This document shows, piece by piece, positions 39,583 to 54,175 of a DNA stretch of 64,000 nucleotides (position 1 is its first letter; each line of letters begins with the position of its first letter). The stretch is from positions 284,146,001 through 284,210,000 of the forward strand of contig OZ024742.1 of assembly GCA_964016885.1 (NCBI GenBank), read 5' to 3'. Below the pieces are notes generated by a model. It made no database searches and was not told the origin of the DNA. It saw nothing but the letters and a program-made list of their open reading frames with translations. Position numbers and translations under genes: made by a program. Origin of the DNA: Eledone cirrhosa (taxonomy: Eukaryota).

Positions 39583-42500
39583 ATCATCATCATCATCATC
39601 ATCATCGTTTAACGTCCATGTTCCACGCTTGCATGGGTTTGGACGGGAGTTTTCCCACTTGAGGCAAGAGTGGTTGTCTTGCTCGCATAGGACTGTCTGG
39701 CGGGTTTTCTACAGCTGGATGCCCTTCCTAACACCAACCACATTTACAGTGTGGGGCTGGGAGGTTTTTACCGTGTTGCCTACACGGCCACATTACAGTG
39801 TGGACTGTGTGTTTTTTTGTCGTGACACCTACACGATCTCATTTGCTTCGGCCTGGATGTTGTGGCACCAACATAACTTTACATTGAAAGGGGCGGTGCG
39901 GTTGGGTGGGGGTGGTGGGACGGAGGTGTATTTTGTTAGAGATGCCTACTGACTGTAGTAGGTTTTACTTTGTATTTAGGTAAGGCGGGTCTTCTCTATT
40001 ACTGAGTACCGCCAAAGATCTCGGTCCAGTGACATTGTCTTGGAGAGGTGTAAGTGTGTGAGGTCAGAATTTATCAGGTCGTCCCAGGTTTTTCTGGGTC
40101 TGCCTACTCCGTGGCTACCGTCTATCTTTATTGCCCTGCACTTTTTTATACAGCTGTCGTCTTTCATGCGCATCACGTGACCATACCAATGTAGCCTTCT
40201 CTCGAGTAAACAACATCTGATCCCTCTTATTTCTAATTTTTCCCTTAGTTCGTTTATGCTTTGTCGTTCACGTATATTACTGTTACACATCCAGCGGAGC
40301 ATGCAAGCTTCGTTCCTCTCTAGTCTGCGTATATCCTCTGCACACAATGCCCAGGTCTCACTGCCATGCAACATTGCTGTTCGTATGCAGGCATCATACA
40401 ACCTGCCTTTCATTTTTAGGGAGAACCCTTTAGCGGCTAATAGTGGTATAAGCTCTCTGAACTTTTTCCATCCAGTTCTGACTCTAGCTACTGTACTTTC
40501 AGAGCACCCTCCCCCACTTCTGATTTTGTCACCCAGGTAACGGAAGCTGTCCACTATTTCTATAGAACCCTCTGCGCAATTGAAAGAGCTAGTATTTTGT
40601 GGGCACTTGCTGCTACTTATTGCACCAGAGCACCGGCCACATGTAAAATCTATGTTCTTAGTTAGCTTACCTGTGATCCCACTACATCTTTTATGCACCC
40701 ATAGTTTGCATTTGGGACATAAAATGGAGTTTCTACCTACGCCTTTCCTACACACTGAGCATGGCCATTTCCCAGAAGGGACCGCCGCCTTATTTTCTTT
40801 CCTACAAACTAGAACTTTAGTCTTAGCCAGGTTAATTTTAAGGCCTTTTGATTCTAGGCCGTGCTTCCATGTTTGGAATTTCTTCTCTAGCTCGTCCATT
40901 GATTCAGCTATGAGCGTTAGATCATCTGCGTATAGGACTTCCCATGGGCAGCCGGTCTTGAACTCCACTGTTATAGCCTGAAGGGCAATAATAAATAGTA
41001 GGGGGCTAAGAACAGAGCCCTGATGAACACCAACTTTTACGCTAAACTCTTCACTATATTCGTTGTTAATTCTAACCTTGCTGACTGTTTCTTTATACAT
41101 GGCTTGTATAGCTCTCACAAGCCATTCGTCAACACCTAGTTTTCTAAGAGCCCACCAGATAATGGAACGGGGGACTCTGTCGAAGGCTTTCTCCAAGTCA
41201 ACAAAAGCTAAGTATAGGGGTTTACTTTTAGCTAGGTACTTCTCCTGTAGTTGTCGTACAATGAAAAGAGCGTCTGTGGTACTTTTGCCTGACACAAACC
41301 CGAACTGCATTTCATCTAGATGAATTCTCTCTCTGATTAGTTGCGCTATTACTTTTTCCGTGACCTTCATGACCTGGTCGATTAATTCAATGCCTCTATA
41401 GTTACTCCTATCTAGGGCATCTCCTTTACCCTTGTAACAGTTAATGATGATGCTGCTACGCCAGTCCTTCGGAACAACCCCATTCTGTATGACTTGGTTT
41501 ACTATCCGGGTGACCATGGTGTGTCCCACCGTTCCAGAGGCTTTCAGCATCTCAGCAACTATTTCCGAAGGCCCAGCCGCCTTACCCGTCTTTATATCTT
41601 TGATTGCCTTACTTATTATACTACCTTCGACTAACACTGCTGGTCCCTCGATTGGGTCGATGTGGGGGAGTCTATCTTTCTCCCATTTATTCTCCTCATT
41701 TAGTAGCCTTTCGTAGTGACACTTCCAAGCTACCTTCTTATCAGCGTCAGTGATGGCAAGTACGCCATCATCATTAAGTACACACTTCTCCCCGACAATA
41801 TCACGGTTTTCCTTGACACATTGCCTAGCAATCCTGAACACCTCACGTTTTTGGTCCTCGCGTTGTAGAACATGCTTGAACTTTCTTTCCTCTGCTTCCC
41901 TTCTTGCGAAGTACACTTGTCTTCTAGCTTTCCTGCTGGCCACTTGATAGTCTTCTCTACTTCCACCATCCCGCCATACTTTCCAAGCCTGCTTTTTGGC
42001 CTTAATTGACTCCTCCACCTTACTGTTCCACCACCATGTTACTCTCCTCCTGCCTACAGGCCTGCTCCAGCCACAGACTTCGTCTGCCGACATCAGCAGG
42101 TTTGCTTTCAGGAATTCCCACTGTTCCTCTATATTGTACGACTCTAATTGTTCTTCCTTACTGTCGAAAGCATCAAGTAATATGCTTTGAAATTTATTTC
42201 TGGCTGTGGGGTCCTTTAGCTTCCATATTTTTCTCCTGAGGATAGCCCTCTTCTGCTGTCTAGTACGTCTCGTCCTGACTATTAGGTCGCTAATTATCAG
42301 TCTATGTTGGGAGGTGCATTCTTCATGGGGGTGGGATTTAGTGTTTACAACAGACACTCTGTCACGTCTTCTGGTAAGGATATAATCTACCTGGCTTGTG
42401 TGTTCCCCCGATCTATAGGTGATCAGGTGATTGTCTCGTTTTTTTAAGTTAGTGTTACAGATAGTTAGGTTATTTGCGTCACAGAATTCCAGGATTCTGG

Positions 42501-42938
42501 AGCCTTCCTCATTTCTAGTACCAAACCCATAGCCTCCATGGATTCCGTCATAGCCGTCACAATGTTGTCCAACGTGACCATTTAGGTCGCCTGCAATAAC
42601 TATATAGTCACTGTTGGTTATTTGGGAGGTAGCGAGCATCAGTGTCTCGTAGAATCTGTCTTTTATAGCGCCGGGCAGTCCGGATTGGGGTGCGTACGCA
42701 GATATTACTGTCACCGTAGTTTTATTGAGGACATGTCTTATTTTAATTATTCTGTCGTTCACTCTATTTACGTCTATTATCTTATCTGCCCACTTTTCTG
42801 CTACCATGATTCCTACTCCACCCAGCCCATTGTCATTTCCCACCCAGAAAAGCTTATAGCATCGTTCTTTACCCACGATGAATCTAGCAGACCCACCCCT
42901 CCACCTGGTCTCTTGAATACAACAAACATTGACCTCCT
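39583..42938 (-). mobile_element. RTE family A copy, slightly 5'-truncated, ORF uninterrupted
   Basis: Open frame from [10 protein letters not shown] (about 42938) to the stop at 39976, with GDLN, HQGS, YADD and the PHD finger intact; lacks only about the first 20 codons; (TA)n at both ends. Confidence 0.96.
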
Positions 42939-42986
42939 TATATATATATATATGTATATATATATGTATATATATAAATATATATG

Positions 42987-43021
<35 letters not shown>

Positions 43022-43024
43022 GTG

Positions 43025-43057
<33 letters not shown>

Positions 43058-43060
43058 GTA

Positions 43061-43108
<48 letters not shown>

Positions 43109-43261
43109 TATATATATGTGTATATATATACTTGTGTATAATGGTAGCTATGGTGCTTCCATAGGCGGTATGCCAAAATTAGCACTCAATATTCAGCAGA
43201 GTAGAGTGTAGATAGTATAAAGAAACGAAAAATCAGAGATGCATCTGGACTCAATTTATTG

Positions 43262-43352
43262 CGTGTTACAATTGTTTCGCTGGCAGGTAGCTCGAGACAT
43301 GGTCCCTGTATGGATCTGTCTGATTCTATGGCTGCAGGTTCCTTCAGACATG
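43262..43352 (-). ncRNA. Mirror copy of the 43411 hammerhead-like motif
   Basis: catgt-CTGAAGGA-...-GAAACAATTGTA-acacg on the minus strand; one stem I mismatch. Confidence 0.5.
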
Positions 43353-43410
43353 GGTAGTTCGCTCGGAGCCAATTTTATCACTGGATAAAATTTGCTCCAA
43401 ACGAACTACC

Positions 43411-43508
43411 CGTGTCTGAAGGAACCTGCAGCCATAGAATCAGACAGATCCATACAGGGACCATGTCTCGAGCTACCTGCCAGCGAAACAATTGTAACAC
43501 GCAATAAA
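43411..43508 (+). ncRNA. Type I hammerhead-like motif with long stem II followed by AATAAA
   Basis: cgtgt-CTGAAGGA-[ctgcag..agaca..tgtct..ctgccag]-GAAAC-aatt-GTA-acacg-c-AATAAA; the core has one extra or variant base. Confidence 0.58.
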
Positions 43509-43558
43509 TTGAGTCCAGATGCATCTCTGATTTTTCGTTTCTTTATACTATATATATA

Positions 43559-43603
<45 letters not shown>

Positions 43604-43762
43604 AAATGAAAATAGAGAAATTAATGTAAGCAAAATGCCAACAATAATTCAGACATATAAGTGACTATACCATCAAGATGAAACATTTTTTAATGTAAGA
43701 TGAGGGAAAAGTAATACAGTCTTAACTTAAAACAAATCAAGAAGAGAAAACTTTATCCTCAG

Positions 43763-43800
<38 letters not shown>

Positions 43801-43862
43801 CATATATATATTTATATATATATATATACATATATATATTTATATACATACACACATATATA

Positions 43863-44197
43863 TTCATTTCATTTCATTCATTTCATTTTACGTCCGCTTT
43901 TTCCCTGCTTGCAAGGGTAGGACGGGAACTGATTCTGGCTTGATTTCTACAGCTGGATGCCCTTCCTCATTTACAGTGAGTGCTGAGTGCTTTTTTGCCG
44001 TGGCACCTACATGACCACTTTGCAGTGGAATGATATGGACCCCAGTCCTATCATCTCCTTTCTACAGCTGAGTAAACTGGAGCAATGTGAAATAAAGTGT
44101 CTTGCTCAAGGAAACAACACATCACCCGGTCTGAGAATTGAACTCACAACCTTTCGATTGCAAGGCCAAAGCTCTAACCACTAAGCCATGTGCCTCC
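43863..44197 (-). mobile_element. tRNA/CORE SINE (29004 family)
   Basis: Reverse complement of 29004-29338 with a small deletion. Confidence 0.9.
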
Positions 44198-44219
44198 TAT
44201 TTATATATATATATAAATA

Positions 44220-46175
44220 AAATACTGCCAACAGCAACACACACATTCGATGGCTATCGCCGTGCTTGAGCACTGCATGATGACCATCATCAATAACCAG
44301 AGGTGGGCCATTGAGAAAATCAAACTCAACCCCAAAGTGTTCTTTTCATTTGCTAAAAAACACAAGGTCACCATCTCCACTGTTGGCCCTCTAGTTGATG
44401 AACATGGCACACTCCAAGATAATGCCAAAACCATGGGCGAGATACTGCAGAAGCAATATTGCTCTGTTTTCAGCAATCCTGATATGGCCGATCTGGGCCG
44501 TATCAGTGATGTTAATCCCCAACACACTATATCAGGCATAACGTTTGGCGCCCCTGATGTGTTAGCGACAATAAACGAAATTAAACACAATTCAGCAGTA
44601 GGCCCCGACAGGTTCCCTGCTTGTGTCCTGAAGGTGCATCTCCTCTTGCTAATCTGTGGAGGAACTCACTGGACATTGGCTATATTCCTGAAAACTTTCT
44701 GTCCCAGTCTTCACAAAGGGAAATAAGTCCCTTGCAGTGAACTACCATCCGATCTCACTCACCTCTCAAATTATCAAGGTATTTGAGAGGGTGGTGAGAT
44801 CACGTTGAAAGCAATGGCCTGCTGAACTCCAACCAACATGGGTTCCGTAATGGAAGGGACTGCCTAACGCAGCTCCTGCATCACTATGACGATATTTTGA
44901 GAGCCTTGGGAGAGGGCTCCAGCACCTATGTCATCTACCTTGATTTCAGCAAGGCCTTTGACAGGGTTGATCATAAGATTCTACTGAAAAAAACGATCTA
45001 ATGTTGGTGTATCTGGAAGGTTACTACAGTGGATCAAATGTTTCCTGACAGACAGAACCCAGCATGTTGTAGTCGAAGGAGTAGAATCAAGCCCTGCCAA
45101 AGTCAGCAGTGGCGTCCCACAAGGTACTGTGTAGAGCCCACTTCTTTTCATCTACATTAATGACATTACTGACATCATCAAGCACAGCAACATAAGAATC
45201 TTTGCAGATGATTCCAAGCTCCAAAGGGTCATCAATGAGGTGGGTGACTGGACTTGCCTTCAGTCAGACCTACTGGCTGTTATCCAATGGGCAGAAAAGA
45301 ATAATATGCTGTTGAATGAGGATAAGTTTGAATTAATCCACTTTGGAAAAAAGGATGCCCTGAAACTACCATACTCTCTTCCTTCGGGTGAAACTCTAGT
45401 GGCATTCAATAACATCAGAGATATGTGAGTAATTGTGGACAACAACATAAGCTGGGCCACTCATATAAACAGCAAAGTTGATATCGCCCGCAGAATGTGT
45501 TCCTGGATTATCAGAACTTTCCACTCGAGAGATATCCACACTGTTATCCTTCTCTTCTCCACTTTTGCCTGACCCCCACCTTGAATACTGTTGTCCACTG
45601 TGATCTCCCCACACAAAACAAAGTATCATGAAAGTTGAAGCACCCCAAAGGTCAATTACAAAAAAGATAGATGGCATGACAGGCCTTGACTATTGGAGTC
45701 GATTAGAAAAGCTCAACCTTTATTCTCTCCAACGTCGCCGTGAGCGCTACATTATCTGCATGATGTGGAAAATATTCCATCAGCTTTTCCCAAATGATGT
45801 TAGCATCACCTTTAATATACACCCAAGGCTTGGGACCCATGCTATCCGCCCACGACAAAAATCTCACTCGCATCTCATAACAACAATACGGCACAATTAT
45901 TTCACCTAAATTGGCCCTGCACTCTTTAACATTACACCAAAACACATCAAAGCAGAAACAGACCCCATCAAGTTCAAGAAGTCTTTGGATAAATTCCTTC
46001 TAGAAATCCCGGACAAGCCTCCTACACCCGGATATGCCTCCGTAAACAATAACTCTCTGCTCGAGTGGGCCATGGTGCCCAAACACTGATTTGTAAGACT
46101 TCGCCAGGTGGTGTTATTAAGTTAAACATAGACTGGGCCAATACTGGCCGAAACCTATCAAAGTTATCAAAGTTA
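44220..46175 (+). mobile_element. CR1-group LINE, 5'-truncated, degenerate RT
   Basis: NPKVFFSFAK, YLDFSKAFDRVDH, SGVPQGTV, IFADDSKL, LEYCCPL*SPH, LYSLQRRRER; ends in a ggcca/tggcc stem-loop plus (tatcaaagt)2. Confidence 0.88.
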
Positions 46176-46389
46176 TATATACATATATATAAATATATAT
46201 ACATATATATATATATGTATATATATGCATATATATACATATATATATAAAATAAAGTAAAATAAATAAGTCATATGATTCCAGTTCCTCAGTGAAATAA
46301 CAACCCAACCAGGAACTGGGCATATCAGAGTATTGACAAAATTATACACCTCAACAGCACGTGTACTTGTCTATACCACACTAATTCGG

Positions 46390-46450
46390 ACTGCCTGAAG
46401 ACGTCACAGCCAAAGATGGCTGACACCGAAATATATATAGCAGTAATAAA
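46390..46450 (+). ncRNA. Type I hammerhead ribozyme motif followed by AATAAA
   Basis: actgc-CTGAAGA-cgtcacagcc aaagat ggctgacacc-GAAA-tatata-TA-gcagt-AATAAA: perfect stem I, palindromic stem III, base of stem II imperfect. Confidence 0.7.
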
Positions 46451-46721
46451 CGAAGCTAAATTTTAAACATTTGACTTATTTATTTTACTTTATTTTACAT
46501 TACTGCGGAGTAACCAAACCAACCTGCGCACTTCGTCGAGTGCTCCAGCCTGCATACAGAGGTGTTGGTATACAACCAACATATACTCAAAATCTACATA
46601 TATATATATGTATATATATATACATATATATATACATACATATATATATGTATATATATATACATATATATACATACATATATATGTATATATATATACA
46701 TATATATACATAAATATATAC

Positions 46722-46756
<35 letters not shown>

Positions 46757-47486
46757 CATATATATACATACATATATATGTATATATATATATAGTGGCT
46801 GCCAACTCGTTTTCGAGTACGGCCACTACTTTATATCCATGTAGGAGAACCCCTACCGATGCGCTGAATGAGTGTGACTTTTTAGTCCAGCCAGCGACTT
46901 GAAAACTCTGGTACACACACTACACTTGTGACAATTATTGACACATAGTGCTGGGCCCATGGTACCATGTGACGACAAGTGCAGAGAGATCTCCAGATAT
47001 AAAGCAATGCCTGTGCCGTGAAGCTTTTATAGTGAGCAAAGGCACTGTACAAAGCCAGTCCCACTCTCTTAACCAAGATGATATTTACCAAAAAGAAGAA
47101 CAAGTCAACATCATTGGATACCATCAGGGTTGCAGGTGTTAGATCAGAGTTTTCCTTCTCCTAGAATTTTGCCTTGACAAAGGCTAAGGGGTCATCTCTC
47201 CCGGTGATTTTGGATGGCCATTGACTCTTAAGAGCTCCTTTGCCCTTTGACAGGTTTTGTTTTTAGTCCTGCAGGATGTCCAAAGTCACCCTCCTCACCA
47301 AGAAACCTTGGTGGGGTTGCCAGTTTAGTCACCAACGACCCGACCATGAGACAGGTTGTACTGGGATACATGTTATATATATATATATATACATATATAT
47401 ATGTTATATATATATATATGTTATATATATATGTTATATATATATATATATATACATATATATATACATACATATATATGTATATA

Positions 47487-47576
<90 letters not shown>

Positions 47577-47629
47577 CATATATATACACATATATATACA
47601 TATATATACATATATATATATATATACAT

Positions 47630-48259
47630 ATCATCATCATCATCATCGTTTAACGTCCATGTTCCACGCTTGCATGGGTTTGGACGGGAGTTTTCCTACT
47701 AGAGGCAAGAGTGGTTGTCATTGCTCGCATAGGACTGTCTGGCGGGTTTTCTACAGTTGGATGCCCTTCCTAACACCAACCACATTTACAGTGTGGGGCT
47801 GGGAGGTTTTTACCGTGTTGCCTAAACGTGGACTGTGTGTTTTTTTGTCGTGACACCTACACGATCTCATTTGTTTCGGCCTGGATGTTGTGGCACCAAC
47901 ATAACTTTACATTGAAAGGGGCGGTGTGGATGGGGTGGTGGTGGTGGGACGGGGGTGTGTTTTGATAGAGATGCCTACTGACTGTAGTAGGTTTTTACTT
48001 TGTATTTAGGTAAGGCGGGTCTTCTCTATTACTGAGTACCGCCAAAGGTCTCGGTCCAGTGACATTGTCTTGGAGAGGTGTAAGTGTGTGAGGTCGGAAT
48101 TTATCAGCTCGTCCCAGGTTTTTCTGGGTCTGCCTACTCCGTGGCTACCGTCTATCTTTATTGCCCTGCACTTTGTTATACAGCTGTCGTCTTTCATGCG
48201 CATCACGTGACCATACCAACTTAGCCTTTTCTCGAGTAAACAACATCTGATCCCTCTTA

Positions 48260-48266
<7 letters not shown>
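47630..48266 (-). mobile_element. RTE family A 3' fragment in (TA)n
   Basis: Tail, UTR and C-terminal codons; truncation abuts (TA)n. Confidence 0.92.
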
Positions 48267-48306
<40 letters not shown>

Positions 48307-48422
48307 CGAATAATGAAACGAAATTAAATTTCGTTTCGCTTCTAACTCACTTTTGTATAACTGACGCTTAAACAATTAAGTTAAAGTGTACATCTATATA
48401 TGTATACGGAAGTATCAGTATG

Positions 48423-48466
<44 letters not shown>

Positions 48467-48623
48467 CACATATGTATACATATGCACATGTACCGAGCTT
48501 TTCACTAGACACTTTACAGTGAGTGTCCAGCTAGTCTGTATGTAAACAGACGAACCGGGTTTTAGAGTCATACGAGTTTTCAAGGAAACACGTTTCCTCT
48601 ATTCTCCAGAGAGCCAGACAGGA

Positions 48624-48666
48624 ATATTGGACTAGTTTCGATGTTATTACATCTCATCAGCAATAT
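48624..48666 (-). ncRNA. Canonical minimal type I hammerhead ribozyme
   Basis: Minus strand: atattg-CTGATGA-gatgt aata acatc-GAAAC-ta-GTC-caatat. All core nucleotides present, G-C closing stem II, palindromic ACTAGT stem III; outer arms 48601-48615 and about 48680-48697 extend stem I. Confidence 0.88.
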
Positions 48667-48952
48667 ATACCTATCTTTCCGGCTTCTCTGGAGAATTGTA
48701 AAAGCACATATCGTTATATGCTTTTTCTATGAAAATCAGTAGTGGGCAGACTAGTCTGCCCACTACTGATTATACATATATAGATATACGGAATATACAT
48801 ATATAGATATATATATATATACATATATATACATATATATATATGTATATATATATACATATATATATACCTATATATACATACATATACATATACATAC
48901 ATAAATACATACATATATATGTATATATATATACATATATATATATATACAC

Positions 48953-49210
48953 ATTGAGCAAGACACTTTATTTCACATTGCTCCAGTTTACTCAGCTGTA
49001 GAAATGAGATGATAGGGACTGGGGTCCATATCATTCCACTGCAAAGTGGTCGTGGAGGTGGCACGGCAAAAATATACCCAGCACTCACTGTAAATGAGGT
49101 TGGTGTTAGGAAGGGCATCCAGCTGTAGAAATCAAGCCAGAATCAGTTCCCGTCCTACCCTTGCAAGGAAGGAAAAGCGGACGTAAAATGAAATGATGAT
49201 GATGAAATGA
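48953..49210 (+). mobile_element. 5'-truncated SINE (29004 family)
   Basis: Core and tail match; head absent. Confidence 0.88.
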
Positions 49211-49332
49211 TACATATATATACATAAATATATATGTATATATATATACATATATATACATATATATACATACATATATGTGTATATATATATATATTCA
49301 TATATATGTATATATATATATATACATATATA

Positions 49333-49364
<32 letters not shown>

Positions 49365-49390
49365 CATACATATATATGTATATATATATA

Positions 49391-51906
<2,516 letters not shown>

Positions 51907-53199
51907 ATGTATGTACATATGTATATATATATATGTATATATACACACACACACACACACACAATTATAATAATGAAGCACAAATCAACAGGTTAGAATT
52001 TACTTTATTTATTCATTATACAATCGCTGAAATATACGTATATGTTTGTAAACGCGCAAATGGAAGTCTGAATGTGTGCGTGGTCGTAGGGGACAGAAAC
52101 AGCTGAAGAAGTGGGTACAAGAGACTGTACTAGGTGTGACCTCACACTAAACTCAAACAGAGTAGGGAAGGACACACACAGTGTGTGTGTACTTTATTTT
52201 AAAATGTTACTGATAAGATGTTTGAAATGGTTATTATTATTATTATTATTATATGACTGCTTTTCATTCTTCCAGAGTTGATAAAATAAAGTACCAGTCA
52301 AATAATGGGGGTTGATATAATCAGCTGTTCCTCTCCCTCAATATGTTTGGCATTGTGCCTAGGTTAAAAACAATTATTAATAATGCTACACAACTTTGCC
52401 TCTCATCATTTGTCAATAAAATAAACAACCAGTCATGTACTATGATCAATGTAATTGACAACCCCACCCTTCCTTTAACATTTCCTGGCAGCTTGACGTT
52501 TGTACATTACCCTATGTACTATACATACACTTTTTAATGAGTTGTAGTGCACCTGAGCACTGTACACAATATTTTTATTATTATTTCAAATTAAAAACCA
52601 TTATTATTATTATTAATATAATTATACAACTTTGCCATTCAGCCTTCTATGGTTGATAAAATAAAGTACCAATCAAACACTAGGGTCGATATAATAAACT
52701 GTACCTTTCCTCAAAAATGTAAGGCCTTGTGCTTATGTAAGAAATTATTGTTATTTAACTTTGTCTTTCATATTTCTGAGGTTGATAAAATAAAGTACTA
52801 GTCAAGTACTGGGGTTGATTTGATTGACTTTTCCCTCCCCATAAATTGATGGCCTTGTGCCTAAATTAGAAAACATTATTATCATTATTTTGTTACCTGA
52901 AGTGGTGCATGGAAAACTGAATGGTATCTACTTCACCCTTCTTTACATTTTTGTTGGTTTCAGTCATTGAACTCTGATGAGGCACCACCTTCAAAGGGTT
53001 TTAGTTAATCATATCGATCCCAGTACATATTTCAGTCTGGCACTTAATTTTTCGATCTTTATATATTGAGCCACTAAGTTATGGGGTGTAAAGAGACCCA
53101 AGCACTGGTTTTAAGTGGTATAAACATAAATGTGTACACATATCATAAGCTGGACGTCTGATGCTAGTGTACATAAATGACAAAACACTGGTGAGCAAA

Positions 53200-53465
53200 G
53201 AGAAGAAAAAAATGGGTATAAGAGGAATCAGATGCTATGTGCAAAAGATGAGATTCACTGGCAAGGACATGAAATGCATATAGACAACTGTAAAGAAATG
53301 CCAAGAGTTCCAAGAGGAAATGACCTGTGGAAGAGGAAGACCAAGGATGATATAGTCGGATGTGGTGAAAGCTGACCTCGGGATACTGGACCTCACAAAA
53401 GGAGTGTTTTGGCGAACTCATGCAAACATGGAAAAACAGGCATAAGAATATGATGATGATGATGA
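53200..53465 (+). mobile_element. Old RTE 3' remnant
   Basis: GIRGIRCYVQK.RF.W, GRGRPRM remnants and a (GAT)n tail. Confidence 0.65.
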
Positions 53466-53917
53466 CTATATATATACGGCTTTAGTGCCTTACATACAAT
53501 TAATCTTTGATAGCCAAATAGTTAAAAGATATCAGCAGTAGGGAATGTGGGATCATAACCAGGATGCATCCCATACCCCTTAAAATGTAAGGAGTTAAGG
53601 GCCAAAACACTTGCATGAGAGGCAGGGGAAATCTTTTTCTTTGAAAATCCTTTGCTCTCCAGCTCTTCCTAAAGTTTTTTACTACCTAAAAGTACATGTA
53701 CCTGTGGAATATCCAGCTACTTACACATTAATTTAACAAGTTGAACACACACGGTTGATTAAACTGAATGCTCATTGTCAGGAAGTCAGACCATTTTGGA
53801 CCTGTCCAAAACATGCAAGTAGGGCAAAAATAAGAAAGCAACAGTCATCTAAGCCATGGAAACATGAAAAATAGATGTTAAATCATGACGATGATATATA
53901 TGTGTGTGTGTGTAGAT

Positions 53918-54175
53918 AAAGGCATGTGGCCTAGTGGTTAGGATGTTGGGTCCATGATCATAAGGTCATGTGTTGATTCCTAGACTAAATGTTCTTGAGT
54001 AAAGCTCATTTCACATTGCTCCAACCCATTCAGTTGAAACTTAAGTTCCAGTAGCAGCTGGAAGTTTATTTTGTAAAGGAGTGGCATTCCTTTCAGAAGT
54101 GAATCATATATTCTCAGTCACTTAACACCATATTGAAACCAGAAACTCTAGCCTGATGACCTTCTAGGCTAAAAA
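53918..54175 (+). mobile_element. Degenerate tRNA-headed SINE
   Basis: ggcatgtggcctagtggttagg head and tttcacattgctcca core. Confidence 0.6.

Larger units (their letters stand above)
43212..43551. repeat. 340-bp near-perfect palindrome containing two back-to-back hammerhead-like motifs
   Basis: 168-bp arms, about 4 mismatches, 4-nt loop (actg, 43380-43383). Confidence 0.93.

Noticed and set aside
54150-54175. CTGATGA motifs at 16430, 41000, 52974 and 54153
   Set aside because: No matching GAAA, NUH or stem I; they lie within coding or SINE sequence.
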